DNA of 64,000 nt from Eledone cirrhosa (Eukaryota). Positions within the stretch are counted from its first letter, which is position 1. Every line of letters starts with the position of its first letter. The position numbers and the translations under genes are program-made. Under the pieces are notes generated by a model, which did not search any database, was not told where the DNA came from, and saw nothing but the letters and a program-made list of their open reading frames with translations. The stretch covers positions 276,396,001-276,460,000 of the forward strand of contig OZ024740.1 in assembly GCA_964016885.1 (NCBI GenBank), read 5' to 3'. Positions 1-16,213 of this stretch are shown here, piece by piece.

Positions 1-189
1 TAAGTTTTGTAAGAAATTTTCTTAGTGTTCAGATTGTTACCTAATAACTTCATTAAGGGTTAGCTAAACATCTAACACTCTAATTGATAAATATACCCAT
101 GATGTTTAAATAGAAAGTCAATTTTCTCAGTGTTAACAACCAAATCTAATGATTAAAAAGCATGTACTGTTTTGAATATAGTCATCAAT

Positions 190-730
190 GTCACCATCAT
201 CAATATTATCATCATTTTATGCCTGCTTTCCATGTTGGCATCGGTTGTATGAATTGTTGCAGTCCAGGTCAGCTCTCATTCTGAGTTACCACCCTCCTTG
301 GCAGATCAGAGGACCACATCTCCCTTGTATGTTTCAATTTGGCATGGTCGCTCTGGCTGGAAGCCCTTGATAACACCAATTGCTTTACAAAATGTATTGA
401 GTACTTATTATTTTGGCACCAACACTAGAGAGGTTGCCATGTCTTTTCTACTATACTCTGTATGTATTCATTCATCAACCACATTACAGGATGTACTAAA
501 TATATTTTAATATAGCACCAACACTAAAGAGGTTGTTATGATCTCTTTACCCTATGATGTCTCTGTTCGATTACCAATGATTTTACAGAATGATTTTGGT
601 GCATTTTACTATGGCACCAACACTAGAGAGGTTATCATATCCTCTTTACCCTACATTATATCTTTTCAATCACCAACCACTTTGCTGAGTGCATTTTACT
701 GTGGCACCAACACTAGAAAGGTTGACTTGT
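190..730 (-). repeat. Old RTE-type 3' tail followed by decayed ~90-100 bp tandem units
   Basis: CATCAT...TTTCCATGTTGGCAT tail-like sequence at ~195-245; GCACCAACACTA(G/A)A(G/A)AGGTT recurs near 416, 515, 614 and 703. Confidence 0.55.
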
Positions 731-767
731 TCTTTGAAGGTTAATGTTACTGCAAGTATTTAATAGA

Positions 768-1035
768 ATTGGATACTATGGGCATGTGGTTAGAATGTGT
801 CAGGAAAAAATTCACTGGACAGATTTTACGAGCAAAACCAACCGGTAAGAGAACCAGGGGTAGACCTTGAGAAAGATGGTTGGATAGCATCCATGAGCTT
901 GGCTGGTCACACTTGGAGATCCAGCTGGATCAGTTGGAGACTGGTTGCTTCTGACAGGACCTCCTGGAAGGAGTGTTTGATGACTCTGCCCCAACAACCC
1001 TTGCAGGAATAAGTGGGCAAAGAAGAAAAAGAAAA
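768..1035 (+). mobile_element. Degenerate 3' end of an older RTE-clade LINE with (GAA)n tail
   Basis: Translates with frameshifts to YYGHVVRM..PTGKRTRGRP*ERWLDSI..ASDRTSWKECLMTLP, a typical RTE C-terminus; homologous copies at 15938-16213 and 48231-48490. Confidence 0.75.
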
Positions 1036-1895
1036 GGAGTAATGGCCAACATGTTTAAATAGGAGAAGAAACAGTGAATGCATTAAATCTTAAATCATTG
1101 GAAAGAGACCCTACAGTAGAATTGTTGATGGCTACAACTTGACTATTGATTGAACTATTATTTTATCAATATTACCTTTACTGTAAGCACATACCAAAGT
1201 TATCTAAAATTAACAACAGTAACACCAACATTAACAACAACAATATTGTAATGTGTTTTGTATAACAGTTTTTTTTATTCTATATATATTACACAACGAT
1301 CAGTATATTTGATAACATACAATAATTTTCATTTAAGTATCATAGCTTTTTCAATATTGGTCAGTGACTTTTGTAAGTCATAATTACCTAACTCTCTTTC
1401 AAAATACTTTTTTTGCTCTCGTGACTTATTGTAGTGAAAAAATAAATAACTATAAAATTGGATGAAATAAAAATAAAAAAAACAACAAAAAACAGCAAAA
1501 AACAAAGCAAGCTTACAAACTCATGATGTCTGAAAATGGGAAATAATGATTTGTAAAATGCTTTTTACTGTAAAAGTGTATGCTTTGAATCATTACATAA
1601 ATGTTATTTTTAATATTTAGGTAAAATGGAGGAAACTAAGGCAAATGAAATTGGAAAGCCCCAAACTAAATGCATTACAGCATTTAATTTCATCCCCTAT
1701 AGCTGTATCTAAGATTAAATCCGATATAATCCTAACACATTTAAAGTGGTGTGCCTGTGGGTTGGCTGCTTACATCTATTTAATCAAATACTGTACCATA
1801 GACCAGCCTACTGCGCCATAGACATAGCTGACTCAGGTTACTTAATACTACAGCAACATTTATACAATCTCACTGTATCCAAACAGCTTAACCAT

Positions 1896-2095
1896 TTAAC
1901 CCTTTAGCATTTACAGTACTCTATATTTTCTATTATATTTTCACATAATTATCTCACATAATATTGAGTCTATGAAATTTTGATATTATTTATTTTGAGA
2001 ACAATACCTTAACATCAATATGAGTGGCCAGTTCTAACAGAAAGAGGTGAGAGAATTCTGGCCAGATATGACCAGTTTAAATGCTAAAGGGTTAA
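1896..2095 (+). mobile_element. piggyBac-type MITE family 1
   Basis: TTAA-CCCTTTAGCATTTA...TAAATGCTAAAGGG-TTAA: 14-bp TIRs and TTAA duplication; six copies in window. Confidence 0.9.
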
Positions 2096-2338
2096 ACACT
2101 AACCCTTTGCAATATGTACATATATATGTGCAAAATTCATTGTAATATCTTACCAATCAATGGTGTAAAAAAAAAGTGGTGTAAATAGCAGTAATAAACA
2201 GTAGCATGTAGAAGAATAGAAGACCACACTGTTAGGATATAGTCAAACATCATTGGGATCAGAATACTGGGACAGAGGTTGAAAGTGTTAATCTACAAAC
2301 CTATACTACTATTATTATCACACCTCTTTAGATATAAA

Positions 2339-2490
2339 CATGGCTAAATGTTTAAAAAGCTTATTTTGTAATCATGAAGTTCTGGGTTCATTCCCACTGC
2401 ATGGCATCTTGGGAAAGTATCTTTAACATAATCACAAGTTAACCCAATCTTGTAAGTAAAATAAGGTAGTCAGAAACTGTAGATATTCAC
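2339..2490 (+). mobile_element. Old tRNA-derived SINE (family 3) fragment
   Basis: CATGGCT..GGGTTCATTCCCACTGCATGGCATCTTGGG head; relatives at 2810-2960(-), 32366-32512(+), 42906-43022(+). Confidence 0.6.
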
Positions 2491-3149
2491 CAGATAGATT
2501 GTATATGTTATTCAAAAGTCCAGCTTTTTCACTTATAGTGTTATGTTGATTCTGCTTTGGAATTACATTAAGGAATACGCAGCTACTTACATGCGTTTTA
2601 CGAGTCAGATATTCAGCTGATGAACAACTGAATGCTTATCATTGAAATTGACTGAGGATATATCACTACACTGTACTACTTCTGCTTTTATTTGGGCTAA
2701 TGAAGGTGTAAAAGTGGTTGAATATAGCACTTACACTTATGCCTGTAACAATAATCCCCAGGCAAGCTAAATGTAATGGTGTGTGTCACAGAAAAGCCCT
2801 TTGAAGTATAGGTACAATCTATTTGATGAACTTCCATTAAGTTTTTATTTATCCAAAATCACTCCCAATGGTTGGGTTGCCCAGAGGCTGAAGTAGAAAA
2901 CACTTGCCTAGGGTACTGTACAGTGGGATCAAAAACTTGTGACTGTAAACAGAAATTTCAAACCCCTTATTCATGTCTATTCCCATATATTCATACACAT
3001 ACACACATATGCTGTATCATCATCATCATCATATCTATTTCCATACGTTCATGGGTTAAACAGATTGTCATATTCTGAGGCTGGGCCATTCCTATGACCA
3101 CGTCTTTCTCATATGTTACTAATGCCAACTACTTTAAGTCATGTACTGC

Positions 3150-3620
3150 TAGCATCTTATTGAATCACCAGCTCTACCACCTTGCTGTTTAATTCTACTC
3201 TTGTCTTCTGTCTAAACTTAAATGAGTTATAGCAAGTGTTTTTATTTTCTTTAAAACTGGATACCCTTCTATCTGCTATCCATTAAGTAGGAGTGAAACC
3301 CATCCTATGTACAAAGAATAATATGTCAGCTTGCTAACCAATGTTTGATAAGCCATTGTTTATATTCTGTTATTGGATATAGACCTGTACATATGACTAA
3401 GGCCTTTCTCCCCTGCTGATGCAAACAAGGAGTATTATGTGGTGGTGTTCTTTTTTATTGCAAGTATTGGAAGCACTCTACAATTGATGTATTTTTGTAA
3501 GTTGTAGAAGTATTGAGCAGACATTCTATCATGGATATAGCTTGAAGAATCACCTGAAATTTGATAATTTTCTTCCATCATCATTCATGAATGTATATTT
3601 CCTACTAAGGAAATTCTCAT
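3150..3620 (-). mobile_element. Possible highly decayed LINE RT remnant
   Basis: Minus strand gives only weak fragments resembling YRPIS (YRSIS) and GF motifs. Confidence 0.25.
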
Positions 3621-3835
3621 AATTGATCTTTATCATAATTTAATATGTAACACTTGTATGTATATTTACATGCATTTAAATATATATATATATTTTTTTA
3701 AATATATAAAAATATGTATACATATACATACGCACATACATACACAAACTTATATTCGTATATGAATATCAATTTAAACATGACTGGTGATACATTTGTA
3801 TCATTGATATATATATGTGCGTACATGTACATGTG

Positions 3836-3880
<45 letters not shown>

Positions 3881-4609
3881 ATGCATGTGTGAATTTATGT
3901 TTGTACATATGCATGTTGTAGAGATGTGTGTGTATATATGTGTATGTACACATATGTACATATATATGTGTATATGAATGTGTATATGTGTATAAAATAT
4001 ACATACATATAGATAGATATATAGATATACACTATCTGACAGTAGATGTTTTATATGTGATATAATGAAAAGCTATCTAAAGCTATTTTTGTTTTGTCAT
4101 TTTCTCCTGCCATTCTTTCTTGAAATCGGGCTTTTGATGTCTTTGGAATTCTTTGTCTATTTTCCTGATTATTACCACTTTTTTCCACTTTTTTTTTTTT
4201 TTAACATTTCTTTCTTATTTATTTTATTTTATTCTCATAAATTAGCAATAATTTGCATATAATTTCGAAATGATTATCTTTAATCTCTAATAAGTTACCT
4301 GTATAGATGAGCTGTGCAAGAGCAAAATTAATCAAATTTTTAATAAGCTCCTGGTGAATTGATTTTGGCACATTGGTTTCAGTTCTAAATTTTGGGAACC
4401 AATGTCATGTGACTTCACCTATGCCAATGTCATTACACTCCCTTGAGAGAAAAAGAAAAAGACATTAAATGTCACATACTCTCATTTGCCCCTTTCTCTA
4501 ACCCTCTCCCAGTGACTTGGGGGGTCCTTGTTATTTATTGATTTTGTGATTTTTTTGGGCCTTTTGATTATTGACCCGTCTTTTATTTCAGTCTTTCAAT
4601 CTCTCTCCT

Positions 4610-4621
4610 CCTTTCTCTATT

Positions 4622-4697
<76 letters not shown>

Positions 4698-4810
4698 TCC
4701 CTTTTTCTTTCTTTCTTTCCCTTTTTCTTTCTTTCTTTCCCTTTTTCTTTCTTTCTCTTTTCCTTTCTTTCTTCCCCCCTCCCCCGTTCCCGCTCTCTCT
4801 CTCTCTCTCA
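4610..4810. repeat. (TTTC)n/(CT)n polypyrimidine microsatellite
   Basis: Directly visible. Confidence 0.95.
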
Positions 4811-5004
4811 CCAATATCTGTTAATATTCCACTTTACAGCACCCTGCCCCACCCTTCACTATTGTTTTTTTCTCTGCCTCCTCTTCCGCCCCTCCTCCCC
4901 TCCCTTCTCATCCCAGACCCTGTATTGTTTTTTTAGAAATAATTTGTTCTGGCTTTCTCAAAGACTTGGCTAAGATTTGTAAGTAGTCGTATTATCTTTT
5001 CTAG

Positions 5005-5032
5005 TGCACAGCTCGACGGACTTTCAGCGTGA
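5005..5032 (+). CDS. Candidate microexon of an unidentified host gene (24 nt 5005-5028, or 21 nt 5012-5032)
   Basis: tcttttctAG|TGCACAGCTCGACGGACTTTCAGC|GTGAGT, or tgcacAG|CTCGACGGACTTTCAGCGTGA|GTATGG; both lengths are multiples of 3; CpG-rich in CpG-poor DNA. Confidence 0.45.
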
Positions 5033-5770
5033 GTATGGTTTGTTTGCTTGTTTATTTATAATTATTATTATTATTATTATTACTATTTCTAAAATTATTA
5101 TAATTATTGTTTTTTTTGTGTTTATTTTCGTTACTATTTTTTCCTTTTTTTTTGGTATTTTTCGAAAAAAATTTTTCTCTTTTAAAGTTGCTTATCCTCT
5201 TTCTTTTTTTTTTTTTTTGTTTTTCATAGACTGCACATAGATTCCATTTTTTATTTCTTTTTCTTTGATTTTTCCTTTCTTCAAATTTTTATTTAATTTT
5301 TTTTTTATATATATATAATATATATTTTATTCATTTATTTTTTTTTGTTCTATTTTACAAATTCTTTTTACACTCTGCCCAAAATTATTTTGTGTTCTTC
5401 GAATTCCTAATTTCTTATCATTATTATTATTTAAAAAATATTCATTGTTGTTGTTGTTGTCGTCATATATTGTTGTTGTTATCGTTGTTGTTTATCTTCA
5501 ATTCCTGGTTGGAATGGCTTAACTTAATGCGCTAAATTGCCTTAAGGAAATGTATAAGTAACACCACACAACTTTCAATTTCTTCTTTCTCTCTGAGTTT
5601 TAGATTTTATGTAGGTCTTTGTTAAAAATTATTATTATCATTATAGTTGTTGTTGTTTTTCTCGTTATTTTTTTAATTTTACTCATTTTTTGGTTGTTGT
5701 TGTTCTTGTTTGTTTAAAAACTCTCTCTGACATTGAAATATTTTCTTGAGTCAACTTTTATTTTGGTCCT

Positions 5771-5989
5771 TTATCCCTTTAGCATTTACATTACTCTATA
5801 TTTACTATTGTATTTTTGTGGTAAACATTTTATCTTACGTAATTATCTCACATAATATTGAATCTATGAGATTTGTATGTTATTTATTTTGAAAACAATA
5901 CCTTAATGTCAGTATGAAGGGCCAGTTTGAACAGAATGAGGTGAGAGAATTCTGGCCAGATACGGCCGGTTTAAATGCGAAAGGGTTAT
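5771..5989 (+). mobile_element. piggyBac-type MITE family 1 with TTAT target duplication
   Basis: TTAT-CCCTTTAGCATTTA...TAAATGCGAAAGGG-TTAT. Confidence 0.9.
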
Positions 5990-6844
5990 ACTAATAACAC
6001 ATAAAATAATTATCAATAATATACTGGGGCTGATTTAACTATAAACCCATCTCTTGCCCTCTCCTTTACAAAATATTGAAATTCTGCTTAGAGTAAAGAG
6101 ATCATTATCATTATTGTTATTATTATTGTTATTATTATAGCTAGAAAACATTGTTGTTGTTGTTGTTGTTGATCTTAATGATATTGTTGTTCTTGTTGTT
6201 GTTCTTGTTGTAAAGTTGACAATAAGTGTAGATCTGCAGACTAATTTGTCTTGCAGTATTTCATTTATACCTATCTCTCTTTGAGTTTAATTTCTGCTCA
6301 GACAAACACCGTCCTTTCATTTTCTTTTGTATCAACAAAATAATTAGTTAGTACCAGTAATGTACATGGGGAATGGCTGGGAATACATTCAATTTGCTAT
6401 ACTCTATTCTCAATGGAAAAAGGAAGCACTTGGCCTTATTCATAGGTTAAGTGAAAGTCATTTTTAGTATCATCATGTCTAGTATTTATTTTGCATTGCT
6501 CTCAACTCTGTATTCAAATCCAATTTGGGTTTGACTTTAGTAGAATACTGAGAGTTTTGATTGCCACATATATGACATTATTAAAAGAAATAATTATAAA
6601 GGAAAATAGGTATTTATTAGAATTATCATCATTGTCATCATCATCATAATCATCATCGACATCCTCACAACCAATCATAAATCACTTTTTTAATATATAT
6701 CATACTGGATTCTTGGTCCATGTATGGAAAAAGGATTTTTACCTGACATCTTATTCTATAAAGGTGTGATGTGGGAGACAGATTTAGCCGTATTGCTAAA
6801 AGATTAAATAAAAGCTTTCAACATCTACGTATATATATATATAT

Positions 6845-6941
6845 AATGCAATGAAATATCTATGATCTTCGGCAAATCACTGATGAGGGACTTATTTTAT
6901 TACATGTTATCCATGTGCTACCTGCAGTATTTTTCTCTATA

Positions 6942-6945
<4 letters not shown>
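6845..6945 (+). repeat. Dispersed repeat containing CTGATGAG, possibly a Penelope-like terminus remnant
   Basis: Inverted homolog at ~51760-51862 (GGCAAATCACTGATGAGGGACT..ATCCATGTGC..TGCAGTATT). Confidence 0.5.
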
Positions 6946-6947
<2 letters not shown>

Positions 6948-6987
<40 letters not shown>

Positions 6988-7377
6988 TATATTATATTGT
7001 ACATATTATAATATATATTTATTATATATATATACATTAAATATGTGTATATATCATATTATATATATATGTATGTATATATATATATGTATGTATATAT
7101 GTATATATATATATGTATGTATATATTTATGTGTATGTATATATATATGTATATATATATGTATATATGTATATATATATATAAATGTATGTATATATAT
7201 ATGTATGTATATATGTATATATATATATGTATGTATATATGTATATATATATGTATGTATATATGTATATATATATATATATATATGTATGTATATATGT
7301 ATATATATATATATATATATGTATGTATATATGTATGTATATATATATGTATGTATATATGTATGTATATATATATG
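6948..7377. repeat. (TA)n/(TATG)n compound microsatellite
   Basis: Directly visible. Confidence 0.95.
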
Positions 7378-7964
7378 TCTCATGGTCGGGTCGTTGGCGA
7401 CTAAACTGGCAACCCCACCAAGGTTTCTTGGTGAGGAGGGTGACTTTGGACATCCTGCAGGACTAAAAACAAAACCTGTCAAAGGGCAAAGGAGCTCTTA
7501 AGAGTCAATGGCCATCCAAAATCACCGGGAGAGATGACCCCTTTAGCCTTAGTCAAGGCAGAATTCTAGGAGAAGGAAAACTCTGATATAACACCTGCAA
7601 CCCTGATGGTATCCAATGATGTTGACTTGTTCTTCTTTTTGGTAAATATCATCTTGGTTAAGAGAGTGGGACTGGCTTTGTGCAGTGCCTTTGCTCACTA
7701 TAAAAGCTTCACGGCACAGGCATTGCTTTATATCTGGAGATCTCTCTGCACTTGTCCTCACATGGGCCCAGCACTATGTGTCAATAATTGTCCTACCATG
7801 GGCCTAGCACTATGTGTCAATGATTGTCACAGGTGTAGTGTTTGTACCAGAGGTTTCAAGTCGCTGGCTGGACTAAAAAGTCACACTCGTTCAGCGCTTC
7901 GGTAGGGGTTATCCTACATGGATGTAAAGTAGTGGCCGTACTCGAAAACGAGTTGGCAGCCACC
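7378..7964 (+). mobile_element. Non-autonomous internally deleted RTE derivative, copy 1
   Basis: RTE 5'UTR-like GGAGAAGGAAAACTCTGAT; 3' part encodes [20 protein letters not shown], like an RTE C-terminal Cys/His motif; ends GCAGCCACC-(ATGT)n. Confidence 0.75.
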
Positions 7965-7995
7965 ATGTATGTATATATGTATGTATATGTGTATG

Positions 7996-8027
<32 letters not shown>

Positions 8028-8107
8028 TGTATGTATGTATGTATGTATGTATGTATGTATATATATATATATGTATGTATGTATATGTATGTATGTGTAT
8101 GTATATG

Positions 8108-8140
<33 letters not shown>

Positions 8141-8447
8141 GTGTATGTATGTATGTCTGTATGTATGTATGTATGTGTATATGTATATATATATGTATGT
8201 ATGTATGTATGTATATATGTATATATATATGTATGTGTATGTATATATGTTTATATATGTGTATGTGTATGTATATATATATGTATGTATATGTATGTGT
8301 ATGTGTATGTATGTGTATGTGTATGTATATGTATATGTATGTGTATGTATATATATATGTATGTATGTGTATATGTATGTGTATATATATATGTATGTGT
8401 ATATATATGTATATGTATGTATATGTATATGTATATATGTGTATATG

Positions 8448-8479
<32 letters not shown>

Positions 8480-9084
8480 TATATATGTATGTGTATATAT
8501 GTATATATGTATGTGTATGTATATGTATGTATGTGTGTATATGTATATATGTATGTGTATGTGTGTGTATGTATGTGTATGTATATATATGTATGTGTAT
8601 GTATATGTATGTGTATGTATGCGTGTATATATGTATGTGTATATATATATGTATGTGTATATGTATGTATATATATGTGTATATATATGTATGTATGTGT
8701 ATGTGTATGTATATGTATATGTATGTATATGTATATGTATGTATATGTATATGTGTGTATGTATGTATATGTGTATGTATGTATGTATGTATGTATGTAT
8801 GTATGTATGTATGTATGTATATGTGTATGTATGTGTGTATGTATGTATATATGTATGTATGTATATATGTATGTATGTGTGTATGTATATATATATGTAT
8901 GTATATGTATATGTATGTATATGTATATGTATGTATATGTATATGTATGTATGTGTATATGTATGTATATATATATGTATGTATGTATATATATGTATAT
9001 ATATGTATATGTATGTGTGTGTGTGTGTGTGTGTGTGTATGTATATGTATGTATGTATGTATATATGTATGTATATATGTATGT
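7965..9084. repeat. (ATGT)n/(TA)n/(TG)n compound microsatellite
   Basis: Directly visible; starts at the tail of the preceding element. Confidence 0.95.
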
Positions 9085-9691
9085 CAGGTCACCAGTTGGT
9101 GCTACTGGTAACATGTATCCCAAATACAACCCTTCTCATGGTCGGGTCGTTGGCGACTAAACTGGCAACCCCACCAAGGTTTCTTGGTGAGGAGGGTGAC
9201 TTTGGACATCCTGCCGGACTAAAAACAAAACCTGTCAAAGGGAAAAGGAGCTCTTAAGAGACAATGGCTATCCAAAATCACCGGGAGAGATGACTCCTTA
9301 GCCTTTGTCAAGGCAGAATTCTAGGAGAAGGAAAACTCTGATATAACACCTGCAAACCTGATGGTATCCAATGATGTTGACTTGTTCTTCTTTTTGGTAA
9401 ATATCATCTTGGTTAAGAGAGTGGAACTGGCTTTGTGCAGTGCGTTTGCTCACTATAAAAGTTTCACGGCACAGGCATTGCTTTATATCTGGAGATCTCT
9501 CTGCACTTGTCCTCACATGGTATCATGGGCCCAGCACTATGTGTCAATAATTGTCACAAGTGTAGTGTTTGTACCAGAGTTTTCAAGTCGCTGGCTGGAC
9601 TAAAAGGTCACACTCGTTCAGCGCATCGGTAGGGGTTCTCCTACATGGATATAAAGTAGTGGCCGTACTCGAAAACGAGTTGGCAGCCACC
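9085..9691 (+). mobile_element. Non-autonomous RTE derivative, copy 2 (longest)
   Basis: Highly similar to 7378-7964 with ~50 bp extra 5' sequence. Confidence 0.8.
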
Positions 9692-10551
9692 ATATATATA
9701 TGTATGTATATATGTATGTATATATATATATGTGTATGTATATATGGATATATATATATATATATGTGTATGTATATATGGATATATATATATATATATG
9801 TGTATGTATATATGGATATATATATATATATGTATGTATATATGTATATATATGTGTATGTATATATATGTATATATATGTATATATATATATGTATGTG
9901 TATATATATTTATGTATGTGTATATATATTTATGTATGTATATATATATATGTATGTATGTGTATATATATTTATGTATGTACATATATATATGTATGTA
10001 TATATATATGTATGTGTATATATATTTATGTATGTATATATATATATGTATGTATATATATATGTATATATATATGTATGTATATATATATGTATATATA
10101 TATGTATGTATATATATATGTATGTATATATGTATATATATATGTATATATATATATCTATGTATATATATATATATGTATGTATATATTATATATATAT
10201 ATGTATATGTATGTATGTATATATATATATATGTATGTATATATATATATGTATGTATGTATATATATATATATATATATATGTATATGTATGTATATAT
10301 ACATATATGTATGTATATATGTATATGTATGTATATATGTATATGTATGTATATATATATATATGTATGTATATATATATATATGTATGTATATATATAT
10401 GTATGTATATATATATATATATATGTATGTATATATATATATGTATGTATATATATATGTGTATGTATATATATATATGTATGTATATATATATATATAT
10501 ATATGTATGTATATATTAATATATGTATGTATATATATATATGTATGTATA
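9692..10551. repeat. (TA)n/(TATG)n compound microsatellite
   Basis: Directly visible. Confidence 0.95.
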
Positions 10552-10864
10552 TAATAATAATTGTTTCTACTTTTGGCACAAGGCCATCAATTACCCAGTA
10601 CATTACTGGTACTTTATTTTATCGACCCCGTAAGGATTAAATGCAAAGTTAACCTCGGCGGGATTTGAACTCAGAATGGCAAGGGCCGTAACTCTATGCG
10701 TCAAAGCATGGCGTCTGACCCTCTACTGATACTGCCAATCCACCACCCTATATATGTATGCATATAATAATAATTGTTTATACTTTTGGCACAAGGCGAG
10801 CAATTACCAGTATAATACTGGTACTTTATTTTATCGACCCCGTAAGGATAAAAGGCAAAGTTAA
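10552..10864 (-). mobile_element. SINE family 2 (tRNA head, Meta-like core, (TTA)n tail): full copy 10552-10748 plus partial 10764-10864
   Basis: Family consensus TGGCAGTATCGGTAG A-box, GAGTTCAAATCC B-box, core CTTTCATCCTTACGGGGTCGATAAAATAAAGTACCAG; more than ten copies in window. Confidence 0.85.
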
Positions 10865-10995
10865 TACTATTTATAGTTATGTATATAGTATAAACAACCA
10901 TAAACAGGAAGGTCAGTAATTTCTTAATTACCTTATTACCAGGAAGAGAAATAGCTCAATGAATGAACATCAGTTGTTTTACAGAGCAGTTAAAT

Positions 10996-14411
<3,416 letters not shown>

Positions 14412-14461
14412 CGAGCCCTCTTTGGATTTTAGTCTTCAAATTTATTATTATTACTATAGAT

Positions 14462-14527
14462 ATCATCATCATTTTACGTCCGCTTTTCCCTGCTTGCAAG
14501 GGTGGGACGGGAACTGATTCTGGCTTA
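14462..14527 (-). mobile_element. 3' fragment of SINE family 1
   Basis: CATCATTTTACGTCCGCTTTTCCCTGCTTGCAAGGGTGGGACGGGAACTGATTCTGGC; similar short tails at 47058-47106, 49396-49440, 51581-51687. Confidence 0.85.
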
Positions 14528-14641
14528 TATATACATATATATTAGAAAATAGAATAGCTTTCACCGTATTTTTTACTAAAGGAATTTTAGCCTGTTAATG
14601 GGGTTTAGAACCCTCAGATAAATCGAAAAAGATGAGTATTG

Positions 14642-14714
14642 ATGCACGTGGGAGTCGAACCCACATCTTTGGTTACCACGACCACTGTGCTACCATTACA
14701 CCAATGGTAGCACA
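14642..14714 (-). pseudogene. tRNA-derived sequence (Gln/His-like) with 5' fold-back
   Basis: Minus strand TGGTGTAATGGTAGCAC (A box/D arm) and GTGGG-TTCGACT-CCCAC (perfect T arm); no proper acceptor stem. Confidence 0.55.
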
Positions 14715-14735
14715 CTGTTTCAAAACATACTTACT

Positions 14736-14828
<93 letters not shown>

Positions 14829-15259
14829 ATATATATAAATATATATATATAGCAAAAGTAAAACTATATACACAATACTAAAAGGAAAGTAGATGATCTA
14901 TGATAGTATATAATTGCCGCGTCTTGTCAGAGTTAGCTCGATGTGTTTATATATTACATAGGTTTGAAGTGAAAGAAGTTTTAGTGAGAAAGATTTCATA
15001 CACATACTCGCTTCTTTTGAAACTTTCTATTGCTCCCCTGAAGAGAGGGAATGTACAATTATACCTATATATCAATGCCTGTATATAGATATGGATTATG
15101 CAAAATGTTTCAACATTGCAAATAATTGGATGTACAACTCACTTGAAATATGTGTAAGGAAATAAATATGGTTTTAAAAGATAAATGTTGATTTTTTTTA
15201 TTGATATCCTTGTTTATATACACACACACACGCACACGCACACGCACACGCACACACAC

Positions 15260-15335
<76 letters not shown>

Positions 15336-15490
15336 GTATGTCCATATTTACAATTTGGTTAAAAAAGAGAATACTCATTAATAAGATATCGAATATTTTT
15401 TTGCATTTCAAGTTCTTTAAAAGATTTATTTATTTTATAAAGCTACATTTTGTACACTTAAGTATTGGTAAATCTGTGTGTATATATATT

Positions 15491-15521
<31 letters not shown>

Positions 15522-15937
15522 GTATGTGTGTGTGTGTATATATGTATGTTCTAACTGAGACTTCTCACGTGCAATATTATCACACTACTTTATCACATGA
15601 TGTACTCGCAGCTAAATCTGCTTCATATCATACCCTACTTTCTTAAAAAAGGAAGTATATGTTGGGTAATGTGGTCCCTGGATTTAGAAAGAGACAGAAT
15701 GTTTATACCTGGAATGGTTTTGATCCTTCAGGCCTCACTTTGGTTTAAACATTTTTGTTTTTCCACTTGCTTTTGGGAGCCAGTGCTTCTTTTCTTGGCT
15801 GAAGTCTTTCTCTAAGCTCATGTCAACATATGAAAAGAAGAGAGAGCAGTAATATTCATGTTATAGTGTGATAAGGTTAACATACTGTCATGTGACTCAA
15901 CATGTGCGTCACATAGTCTGTACCTTTTGACAAGGAT

Positions 15938-16213
15938 TTCTTCTTCTTCTTCTTCTTCTTCTTCTTTTTCTTCTTTTTCTTCTTTTTCTTCTTTTTCTTT
16001 TCTTCTTCTTCTTCTTCTTCTTGTGAGGGTCGTGGGGGAAGAGTCCTCAAACACTCCTTCCATCAGGACCTGTCAGAAGTAACCATCTCCATTTGATCCA
16101 GCTGGATCTCCAAGTATGGCAGACCAGTCAAGCTCATGGATGTTATCTAACCATCTTGCTCAGTGGCTGCCATTGTGTTTTCTACCAGCTGGTTTTGCCA
16201 TTAAAATCTGTCC
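15938..16213 (-). mobile_element. Older RTE LINE 3' fragment with expanded (GAA)n tail
   Basis: Homologous to 768-1035 and 48231-48490. Confidence 0.75.

Noticed and set aside
9085-9180. Possible HDV-like ribozyme at the 5' end of the RTE derivative
   Set aside because: Hairpins and a CUAA motif are present, but I could not build the nested P1/P2/P3 topology by hand
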